Both the position numbers and the translations under genes were made by a program. DNA of 49,384 bases, from NCBI GenBank assembly GCA_004377365.1, contig SOHZ01000288.1, forward strand, positions 1-49,384. Direction: 5' to 3'. Under the pieces are notes generated by a model. That model was not told the origin of the DNA. It saw nothing but the letters and a program-made list of their open reading frames with translations, and ran no database searches. Source of the DNA: Anaerolineales bacterium (GTDB taxonomy: Bacteria; Chloroflexota; Anaerolineae; E26-bin7). Positions 19,483 to 26,583 of the stretch are shown piece by piece (position 1 is the stretch's first letter; each line of letters begins with the position of its first letter).

Positions 19483-21896
19483 GGGCTCACCACGCGCACC
19501 TTGCTCAAGAGGACCCGGTTGTCACGCAAGCGTCCTCCCTCGTCCAGAACCCCCAATCGTCCTCCCGTAGCGGCCAGGTAGAGCCCTACCTCGATATCGT
19601 AGACGTCGGGCGGTGTGTCAGGTTTGGTGACCAGATCGTAATGGTCCTCAACCATCTGGCCCACCTGCCAGGACGAGGTTGGCGCAACGCCTCCTTGCGG
19701 CTGGCTGTCCACCTGCGCCCAAAGGCGATCCTCCTCACCCAGCACGTGGGTAAAGACGGTGTAGTCTTCTTCCATCTCGCCCAAAGCCCGCCAGTATAAA
19801 GTGAGGTGGATGGTCTCTCCCTGCCGCGCGGTGCGCTTGTCCAGGTTATAGCCTACGAGGGCGACCCGGCCCTCGAAATCGAAATCCACCGGGTTGGGTA
19901 CCGGGCTATCCTCACGAGGCAGGACGGCTACCTGGTGAAAGCGCACGTTGTCGCCCAGGGATTGACGATCCGGCCCCGTGGCCACCAACCGCTCCCCGCT
20001 GGCGAAATCGTAGAGCCCCACCTCGAAGCGGCCCGTGCAAGGTGCGAAAACCGTGGGAGACAATGTCAAGACGTAACGGTCAGCGAAGGCGTCGCCCACT
20101 CGCCACAGGCGGGTCGGGTAGGTCCCCAGACCTGGATAGGTGTCCCGCTGCGCGATGACCAGGTCGTTCTCATCCAACAGGTGCACAAAGACAGTGTAAT
20201 CCCTGTCTATCTCGGCCAACGACTGCCAATAGAGGGTGACCTCCACGCTCTCTCCTGGCTTGATCTCTTCGTTGCCAGCCTCGTAGCCCAGCAGCCTGGC
20301 TTTACCTTCGAAAGTGACATCAAGACGGTCAGGTATCCCTTCGAGTTCGGCCTCTGAGAGCAGGACTGGCTTGGCGTAGGCTGGCGCAATGTAGCGGAAA
20401 GGGGCGATGGCGGCCAGAACAAGCATCAGACCGCCGACGATGCCCAGCAGCCACTTCTCATAACGACGCGGCACCCATTGGCTCCACCCCAGGGCCAGCA
20501 GGACAGAGATGGCCGAGATGGCCGGGAACATGAGCCGGCCCTGGGAGGCTTTGGTGATCGTGGTCCAGCGGATCAGGGCCAGGAAAAGGATGATGGGCCA
20601 GGTCAGGAGGGTGAGGAGGGAGTAACGGGTAGTAAGTGATGAGTCGTCCCTCGAAACCTGAAACGTGAAACGTGTCACCAATGCACGCCCCAGGTCGATC
20701 ATCAGGCCGACAAGGCCTAGGATGGCTAAAGCGTTGAGCACCCAGTATGCTGCTGGCTCCATGGCCACGTTGACCCCGCCGAAGAGCCCCCAGAAAGTCT
20801 TGACGAACCCTTCCCATTCGCCCAGCAGTTGTCGCAGAGTCGGTTGGGGGAGACGGGGTCCGACGATGGCCACGAAGGTGTTCAGGCCCAGTGGGTCGCG
20901 GTAGAGTAACCAGTTCCTCATGTACCACCAACCGGCTATGGCGGAGGAAATAGCCAGGACCGTGACAAAGCTTCCAAAAAACCAAGCAATGCGACGGGAC
21001 ACCGACTCAGCCCGTATTCTCCAGGCTGAGAAGGCCAAGCCCAGGGCTGTCAGAGGAATCAGGCCCAGGGCGCTGGCTTTGGATAAGGCCCCCAGCCCGA
21101 TGACCAGGCCCAACAATGCACAATGACCAAATCCCAAATCCCAAATCCTAAATCCCAATTGGTCATTGGGCATTGGCTCCGAAGGTCTGCTGCGGCGGCT
21201 ATGGAAAGCCGCCCTACTGCGCACCAGACGGATCAGGAGAAGCAAAGTGAGCGAACAAAAGAGAATCGTCAGGTTATCGTTGTTGACAGAGCCGCTGATG
21301 AAAGGGAACATGGGCACAAAGGCGTTGAAAGCGGCCGCGCCAGCGGCCAGCGTTTTCTGTTCCGGAAAAACCTCTAAAGCGATCAGGTAGGTGCAGAGCA
21401 CGGTGCCTGCTCCCATCAGCACCGAAAGGAAGCGCACGATGTGCACCGCCAGGGCCGTGCCCCGATAGGGAAAGCTCTCTCGCTCCGAGTGGACGACCAT
21501 GTTGAGGTTGCCGTCGGCCGTTTCGACGCCGATGTCGGCGTGGGGGTTGAGCCACCGCACCTCCGTCAAGTTGGAGGTGTCAATCCAAAAGGTGGCCAGA
21601 GCCCCCAGGGCGTAGTAGAGGGGGGGCTGGCTGCCCTCCTGCCGCCACGGCTGCTCGATGCGAGGGTCCTGGACTGGCAGTCCTCCGCCGTCGGCCAAGT
21701 GTTGGACGAAAGGATAGTGCCACAGCTCGTCAGACGCCTCAAAGAGGGGCGTGACCACGCTGTAGACCGTGCCCAGAATGATGAAGCTGATCAGGATAAG
21801 AGTGATGGCTCGATGCTGCTGCACGATCTCAACCAGCGATGATAGCTTGTCATGAGCGCAGTCGAATGGCTTGTCATGAGCATGGTCGAATGGCAT
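19479..21896 (-). CDS. DUF2142/ArnT-like GT-C glycosyltransferase with 2 C-terminal beta-domains
   Basis: TPLFEASDELWH, QEGSQPPLYY, VNNDNL, SQGRLMFPA; ATG 21896 with GAGG RBS preferred over 21923. Confidence 0.8.
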   Translation of the reverse strand: MPFDHAHDKPFDCAHDKLSSLVEIVQQHRAITLILISFIILGTVYSVVTPLFEASDELWHYPFVQHLADGGGLPVQDPRIEQPWRQEGSQPPLYYALGALATFWIDTSNLTEVRWLNPHADIGVETADGNLNMVVHSERESFPYRGTALAVHIVRFLSVLMGAGTVLCTYLIALEVFPEQKTLAAGAAAFNAFVPMFPFISGSVNNDNLTILFCSLTLLLLIRLVRSRAAFHSRRSRPSEPMPNDQLGFRIWDLGFGHCALLGLVIGLGALSKASALGLIPLTALGLAFSAWRIRAESVSRRIAWFFGSFVTVLAISSAIAGWWYMRNWLLYRDPLGLNTFVAIVGPRLPQPTLRQLLGEWEGFVKTFWGLFGGVNVAMEPAAYWVLNALAILGLVGLMIDLGRALVTRFTFQVSRDDSSLTTRYSLLTLLTWPIILFLALIRWTTITKASQGRLMFPAISAISVLLALGWSQWVPRRYEKWLLGIVGGLMLVLAAIAPFRYIAPAYAKPVLLSEAELEGIPDRLDVTFEGKARLLGYEAGNEEIKPGESVEVTLYWQSLAEIDRDYTVFVHLLDENDLVIAQRDTYPGLGTYPTRLWRVGDAFADRYVLTLSPTVFAPCTGRFEVGLYDFASGERLVATGPDRQSLGDNVRFHQVAVLPREDSPVPNPVDFDFEGRVALVGYNLDKRTARQGETIHLTLYWRALGEMEEDYTVFTHVLGEEDRLWAQVDSQPQGGVAPTSSWQVGQMVEDHYDLVTKPDTPPDVYDIEVGLYLAATGGRLGVLDEGGRLRDNRVLLSKVRVVSP
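21113..21217. repeat. Heptamer array (CAAATCC)n with inverted arms plus GTAG-type REP hairpin, in frame
   Basis: CAATGCA CAATGAC CAAATCC x3 TAAATCC ... TGGTCAT TGGGCAT; minus strand GTAG-GGCGGCT-TTCCAT-AGCCGCC at 21194-21217. Confidence 0.75.
21846..21893. repeat. Tandem pair of 24-bp REP-like units
   Basis: CTTGTCATGAGCGCAGTCGAATGG / CTTGTCATGAGCATGGTCGAATGG; encodes PFDHAHDK PFDCAHDK. Confidence 0.85.
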
Positions 21897-23070
21897 GGTA
21901 AACCTCAAGGGTCTTCTCCGCAATGCTATCCCATCCGAAGGCTTTGGATAGCTCTTTCGCTCCTTGTCCTAGCTTCTGTCGCAGCTCAGGAGTATCGGCC
22001 AGACGAGCGATGGCCTCCGCCAGGGCCTCTGCGTCGTCCGGCGGCACCAGCAGCACATTCTCCCCGTCTCGCAAACGAGGCAGGTGGGCAGCGGATTCCA
22101 AATCCGCCGCGAGCGGGCCTGCCGAGGTGGTGACGATGGGCAGGCCGTGGATCAGGGCGGCCATAAAGCTCCCCCGCCGGAAGGAGGCCCCATCGCGGTA
22201 GGGCAGCACACAGATGTCCGAGGCCAGCAGGTTGGCCGACACCTCCTCCTGGGAGGTATAGCCCGTCCACATCACCCGTTCCGACAGGCCCAGTTCGTCA
22301 ATCAGGGCCTCGACCCGCTGGGCGTAGGCCACGTTGGTGGGGTCGCTGGAGCCCCATCTGCCGCCAACCATCAGCAGGCGAGCGCGGTAGCCTTTTTTCA
22401 TCACCTTGTCCAGAGCCCGCATCAAGGTCTCGCCGCCTTTGCTCTCATTGAGAAAGCCAAAGTAGGAGAGCAGAATGTCCTCCGGTCCCATACCCCAACG
22501 GGCGCGCCAGGCGTCGCGATCATACTTGGCGGGCGGTGCTGGCTCGATGTTGCTGCCGATGGGGATAAGGTAAGGGGCAGGAGATAGTGGATAAGGGGCC
22601 AGGGTTTCCAGATCCTCCTCGTTGGTGACGATGACGGCGTCGCTCCAGCGGGCCAGGGCCAGGACGACCCACCAGCGGATGCGACCCGCTTTGGGGAACA
22701 GGTAAGGCACTTTCAGGTCGTGGAAAGTGACCACGACCCTGGGGCGCTGTTTCCGTGCTCGCAACCGCAGCGGCAGAAAGTTGATGGCCGGGTGCATCCC
22801 GTAGGCGGCAGCCTGGTACTGGATGTTGAGGACATCGGCTTCCAGTTCCTCCGCTATGCGCATGATGGTCCGCCAACTGTTCCATCCCCAACGCTCCAGG
22901 CGTGGCTCGACCCGCAGCCCGTCTTCGTTGCGGTGTGGCCCGGCTGCCGTTGAGGTCAGCACCGTCACTGCTGCCCCCAGATAGCGCAAGGCCCACCCCA
23001 CCTCGTAAGTGAAATCGCCGACGCCTCCCTGCATCGGCCTGAATTCGCCGCTGATCAAACAGACTTTCAT
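21874..23070 (-). CDS. GT4 family glycosyltransferase
   Basis: MKVCLIS..GGVGDF, VVTFHD, YFGFLNESKG, ASDICVLPY, ALIHGLPIVTT, LLVPPDDAEALA. Confidence 0.9.
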   Translation of the reverse strand: MKVCLISGEFRPMQGGVGDFTYEVGWALRYLGAAVTVLTSTAAGPHRNEDGLRVEPRLERWGWNSWRTIMRIAEELEADVLNIQYQAAAYGMHPAINFLPLRLRARKQRPRVVVTFHDLKVPYLFPKAGRIRWWVVLALARWSDAVIVTNEEDLETLAPYPLSPAPYLIPIGSNIEPAPPAKYDRDAWRARWGMGPEDILLSYFGFLNESKGGETLMRALDKVMKKGYRARLLMVGGRWGSSDPTNVAYAQRVEALIDELGLSERVMWTGYTSQEEVSANLLASDICVLPYRDGASFRRGSFMAALIHGLPIVTTSAGPLAADLESAAHLPRLRDGENVLLVPPDDAEALAEAIARLADTPELRQKLGQGAKELSKAFGWDSIAEKTLEVYHAIRPCS

Positions 23071-23213
23071 CTCTCCCACCACTTGGAATCCTTCCGCAAA
23101 ACGAAAGGCTGGCGGCGTGCACTCCCTACAAGCCGACCTCGTTTGGTCGCTCGACGCCTTCCGCGAGACCAGACGGTGCTGTCAGCCAGAGCCGTGTATT
23201 TGCAGACCCCGTT

Positions 23214-23570
23214 CTACTCAAGTTCACGCGGTTCTAGTAGAAGCCCGATCCCATCAAGAATCTCGTGCACTCGCCTACTCGAGAGTGTCCCGATCTTTTC
23301 GCCCAATTGGCTCTTATCCACCGTGAAAATCTGAGATACGTTGACGACACTCTGTTTCGGCAGATTGGCCTCTTTTGGTTCAAGGAGGACATTTCCTGGA
23401 GCAGCGGCACGTTTGAGGTTGGAGGTTAGCGCGCAAACGACGACCGTGTTGATACGACTGCGGTTGAACACGTTGTTCTGGACGACCACGTGGGGATGTC
23501 GGTATCCGGGTTCCGAGCCCGAGGGTTCGTCCAGGTCAATCCAGAAGATGTCGCCCTGGTTGATCACCAT
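23214..23570 (-). CDS. mazF: MazF/PemK toxin (mRNA interferase)
   Basis: QGDIFWIDL.EPSGSEPGYRHPHVVVQNN.FN...VVCALTSN...SVVNVSQIFTVDK. Confidence 0.9.
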   Translation of the reverse strand: MVINQGDIFWIDLDEPSGSEPGYRHPHVVVQNNVFNRSRINTVVVCALTSNLKRAAAPGNVLLEPKEANLPKQSVVNVSQIFTVDKSQLGEKIGTLSSRRVHEILDGIGLLLEPRELE

Positions 23571-23818
23571 TCGCCTTCTACAATCTGCCGATGCTGGCGA
23601 CGCATCCTACGCCGCAGAACTTGCTCCGATGGATCGGGAGCATCGTCGTAAGCGGCGTTGATCCGTTCCAAAAGTTGCTGGCTTTGATGGCGCTGGAAAA
23701 ATTCTTCCAGGGCCAGCACGAATAGGCGGCTGCGTGAGATTTTCATTTCGCTAGCCAGGGTTTCGACTTGCTCAAAGAGGTCTTCTCGAAGAGAGATCGC
23801 TGTTTTGATATGGGCCAT
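23564..23818 (-). CDS. Ribbon-helix-helix antitoxin (ChpI/MazE-like)
   Basis: KTAISLREDLF...ISRSRLFVLALEEF...ERINAAY; overlaps toxin start. Confidence 0.85.
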   Translation of the reverse strand: MAHIKTAISLREDLFEQVETLASEMKISRSRLFVLALEEFFQRHQSQQLLERINAAYDDAPDPSEQVLRRRMRRQHRQIVEGEW

Positions 23819-23820
23819 TT

Positions 23821-23872
23821 GTTATACCATCCTTTCTACCGACAGTATAACCAATTTGCACGCCAATGTCAA
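23821..23872 (-). promoter_or_regulatory. TA promoter with inverted-repeat operator
   Basis: Minus strand TTGACA-17-TATACT (23872-23844); inverted repeat GTTATAC (23821-27) / GTATAAC (23845-51) overlapping the -10. Confidence 0.75.
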
Positions 23873-23888
23873 GGCCGCAACATAAGAG

Positions 23889-24393
23889 TCACTCACTGGC
23901 TACAACCACTACCCCGACGAGTCCAGCACCAGAGTGGACGGACAGACCCGGCGTGAGCTCGGCCGTGAGCACGTCGTCAGGGCATGGCAGGCTGGCGCGC
24001 ACCTGCTCCTCTTGAACGCGGAATTTCGGAACTCGCGGAACACGCGGAAACCATCCGCGCTCTCCGTCCCTCCGCGCTTCCGCGACCCTCATGGCCAGGT
24101 ATTTGAGCGTGGACAGGGCAGCGTAAAGGTACGTGCGCTCGCCCACTGCAACGGCGTGGGCGACGATCTCGTCCCTGGACGCGCCTGTCTGGGCGGCCTC
24201 TGCCGCGGCCAGCACCATGAACCCCTGGCTCATGGAGAGGCTGCGCGAGTCCACCACCGTAAGGTCTCCTGCCCAAAGTGGACGGCGATGGGCACCTGCC
24301 GCCTGTGCCGCAACAGTGGCGGATGCCGTAGCGAGCGGCAACCTCGGCCGGCAGGCTGGAATCGGTGTCGGTGATAATGGCAATGGATGACAT
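23889..24393 (-). pseudogene. DegV-family fatty-acid-binding protein, decayed
   Basis: N-term IAIITDTDSSLP..YGIR/QVPIAVHFG, middle VVDSRSLSMSQG..LSTLKYLAM, C-term ELTPGLSVHSGAGLVG; frameshifts, two large deletions, repeat insertions. Confidence 0.85.
24012..24094. repeat. CGCGGAA-rich 9-mer-based inverted repeat element, copy 1
   Basis: TTGAACGCGGAATTTCGGAACTCGCGGAACACGCGGAAACCATCCGCGC...; related copies near 24405, 25288 and 26385. Confidence 0.8.
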
Positions 24394-24404
24394 AGCTCCT
24401 CCCT

Positions 24405-24460
24405 TTGAACGCGGAATTTCGGAGGGCGCGGAATATGCGGAAATCCCTTCCGCGCCCTTC
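24405..24460. repeat. Same repeat family, copy 2, directly upstream of the DegV RBS
   Basis: TTGAACGCGGAATTTCGGAGGGCGCGGAATATGCGGAAATCCCTTCCGCGCCC. Confidence 0.75.
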
Positions 24461-24557
24461 GCTCTACTCAGTTGCAATCGTTCAACTCGGCCTCTCACAG
24501 CAGCGACTTTCGCCAGTCCCTGTGAGGTCATTGGCTTGCTTTGGAATGGTTGTGGCT

Positions 24558-24779
24558 TCAGGCTTCAGCACGGGCAAGCTGTGCCAGGCGCTCTGGGCCA
24601 ATGGTTGCACGTAGAAAGCGTGAAGCGTTCAGGATCTCCACGCCGAGCAGTTGCCCTTCCTCGTCTAGCTCTACATTGACCCCTTCGGCCACCTCCACAA
24701 ATCTCTCTTCCTCTCCGTCCCGCACCAGAAAATAGAGTATATCGCTTTGTGGGTCGTAGTGAACTGCTGGTCTATTCAT
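24558..24779 (-). CDS. DUF2283 protein (putative antitoxin)
   Basis: VHYDPQSDILYF...VNVELDEEGQLLGVEILNAS. Confidence 0.85.
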   Translation of the reverse strand: MNRPAVHYDPQSDILYFLVRDGEEERFVEVAEGVNVELDEEGQLLGVEILNASRFLRATIGPERLAQLARAEA

Positions 24780-25053
24780 GGGTCCACCTCCCTGCGAGCA
24801 CTCGCTCGCTGATCTGACGGCTTTCGATAGGATGGATAGTCACAATCTCCACACGGTCAGGAAACTCGTCGTAGGCGATCATCATCTTTCTGCGGCGACG
24901 ATGGTAGATCACAGACATTACAGCGACATGACGAAAAGTGGCGTGATTGTAATAGCGTTCCTGTGCCTCGCGGTAAATGCGTTCGGGCATCCTCTCAGGA
25001 ATCCGTCTCGCTCGCAAACGAAGTTTGAGATGGTCAGTGTAGACGACGCGCAC
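24772..25053 (-). CDS. DUF4258-like (RelE/BrnT-fold) putative toxin
   Basis: VVYTDHLKLRLRARRI...MIAYDE...EIVTIHP; upstream of DUF2283; GTG 25053 with GAGGAG RBS. Confidence 0.65.
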   Translation of the reverse strand: MRVVYTDHLKLRLRARRIPERMPERIYREAQERYYNHATFRHVAVMSVIYHRRRRKMMIAYDEFPDRVEIVTIHPIESRQISERVLAGRWTHE

Positions 25054-25273
25054 ACCTCTCCTCCAGCATGTCTGCATGTCTGGCGTGTGCCAGCGAAGCC
25101 TGCATCAGGTCATGCAAGTCTTCCTCGCTCCAGGCATCGCTCACGTCCACGGCTGTGCGTTGGCCGTAGCGCTCTTGCAAAAAGGTGATAAAGTCATACA
25201 CCTCGGCCACCTTTTCGGGGGGCAGGGTAAACAATGCCTGCAGGATTTCTCTGGCTTGTGTGCGCGTCATCAT
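25034..25273 (-). CDS. DUF2281-like small antitoxin-type protein
   Basis: LPPEKVAEVYDFITFL motif; AAGGAGG RBS. Confidence 0.65.
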   Translation of the reverse strand: MMTRTQAREILQALFTLPPEKVAEVYDFITFLQERYGQRTAVDVSDAWSEEDLHDLMQASLAHARHADMLEERCARRLH

Positions 25274-25287
25274 CGGCGTTCCTCCTT

Positions 25288-25350
25288 TTGAACGCGGAAG
25301 CTCGGAACTCGCGGAATACGCGGAAACCATCCGCGCCCTCGCCCCTCCAT
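25288..25350. repeat. Same repeat family, copy 3, upstream of RBS
   Basis: TTGAACGCGGAAGCTCGGAACTCGCGGAATACGCGGAAACCATCCGCGCCC. Confidence 0.8.
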
Positions 25351-25375
25351 GCTTTGGCATCTTTTGCTTTCACCA

Positions 25376-26362
25376 TCAGAGAATCCGCATATCAGCGAGG
25401 TCTCCACAAGCCTCAGGGATTGGCCCGTGCAAAATTACGTCGGTTGCATCAACCCATCTTCCGAGACGCTCAGCAATCGGCTCAGGGTGGGGAGCGAAAA
25501 CGTGCACCAATGGCCGATTTACTCCTGATTTCTTGAGCAGGCGGCCAATCTCAACATCATAGTCTGGAATGCTATAGCCAACAATCAACCATGTTGTTGC
25601 CGCTTTGAGTTTTTCCAATGCTAACTCCCAGATAGGCTTCAGCCATTCGGGAGTCTCTTTCCCTTGAATCGGTGGGATCATAGCGGCATCACCTCGGAAA
25701 GCTGGACGGCAGTCACCATATTTCACCAGAGAGGTTTTCTCAACCGCCCAAGAAATTGAACCGTGAAGTTTCAGCAATGCAACCGAGCCCGAGATTTCGG
25801 GATTTCGTCGGTATTCTGAACGGGGGTGGCCAGTAACACCGGCAAGCAATTCCTTACCAGAGCCGTAATGAAATCCAGGTCTGAGCCGCCGAGGGGTGGG
25901 TCTAGGCCTGAGACCTCGTTCAACCCAAATATCCCAGTTCGTCGTTACGACAGTAAGAGGGTATTCTAGCCCAAGCCTTTGGAAGAGTGCATCCCACCAC
26001 AGTTCGTGTGGGAAGGGTATCTGGGCTTCAAAGATGTTATCACTCGAACGGCTAGATTTGGAGTCATGCTTGTACCACCGTGCGAAATCTTGAGCCAACC
26101 GCATTGCCAGAAATTGCACTATGTCTTGCCAAAGCTTCAAACCGCTGAACTCATTACGATGACGGTACACCTCCGTGACAAATGCCTCGGGGCCGCCATC
26201 ATGTTCTCGGCTCCAGCGGTCCCAGGCAACAAGCACACGCTCAATCAAGCGATTTCGCCATTGAGCCCCGCCGAAGGGCTCGATGTCAAACAGTTCTGCC
26301 GCGAGAGGCGATCCTGCGGTCTTCGAAAAACCAGCACCAAGAATCAAGGCCATGCTTGACAT
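25376..26362 (-). CDS. Stand-alone SIR2-like (SIR2_2) protein, putative NADase
   Basis: ILGAGFS, VVTTNWD, LLKLHGSISW, IVGYSIPDYD motifs; ATG 26362 with GGAGAGGA RBS. Confidence 0.85.
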   Translation of the reverse strand: MSSMALILGAGFSKTAGSPLAAELFDIEPFGGAQWRNRLIERVLVAWDRWSREHDGGPEAFVTEVYRHRNEFSGLKLWQDIVQFLAMRLAQDFARWYKHDSKSSRSSDNIFEAQIPFPHELWWDALFQRLGLEYPLTVVTTNWDIWVERGLRPRPTPRRLRPGFHYGSGKELLAGVTGHPRSEYRRNPEISGSVALLKLHGSISWAVEKTSLVKYGDCRPAFRGDAAMIPPIQGKETPEWLKPIWELALEKLKAATTWLIVGYSIPDYDVEIGRLLKKSGVNRPLVHVFAPHPEPIAERLGRWVDATDVILHGPIPEACGDLADMRIL

Positions 26363-26384
26363 ACGAGATTCCTCTCCCAATCTA

Positions 26385-26462
26385 CCCGCGCCTTCCGCCT
26401 CTCCGTGCTTCCGCGACCCTCATGGACGGAATCTCGGAACTCGCGGAACTCGCGGAAACCCC
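26385..26462. repeat. Same repeat family, copy 4, arms in swapped order, upstream of SIR2
   Basis: GCTTCCGCGACCCTCATGG (26407-25, identical to 24076-94) followed by CGGAATCTCGGAACTCGCGGAACTCGCGGAAACC. Confidence 0.75.
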
Positions 26463-26583
26463 TCCCCCCCGGCCTCATGGACGTCCAGCAAGTGATCATA
26501 ATCAGGATTGGCCTTGGCCAACTCCCGCTCCCGATGAGCGATGCGCAAAGCGGCTTCCTTATCGGACAACGATTACCTCGCCC

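Noticed and set aside
23083-24557. Decayed integron attC sites downstream of TA genes (23083-23213, 24465-24557; also 42450-42490)
   Set aside because: Imperfect hairpins exist, but I could not identify paired RYYYAAC/GTTRRRY boxes and there is no integrase; would need IntegronFinder
24012-26462. CRISPR array
   Set aside because: Repeats are degenerate, separated by 0.3-1 kb of genes, and no cas genes are present
26420-26569. 49-codon ORF (MSDKEAALRIAH...) between NACHT and SIR2 as a third system component
   Set aside because: Has a plausible RBS and TTG but runs into the repeat; most likely a truncated fragment with no recognisable family
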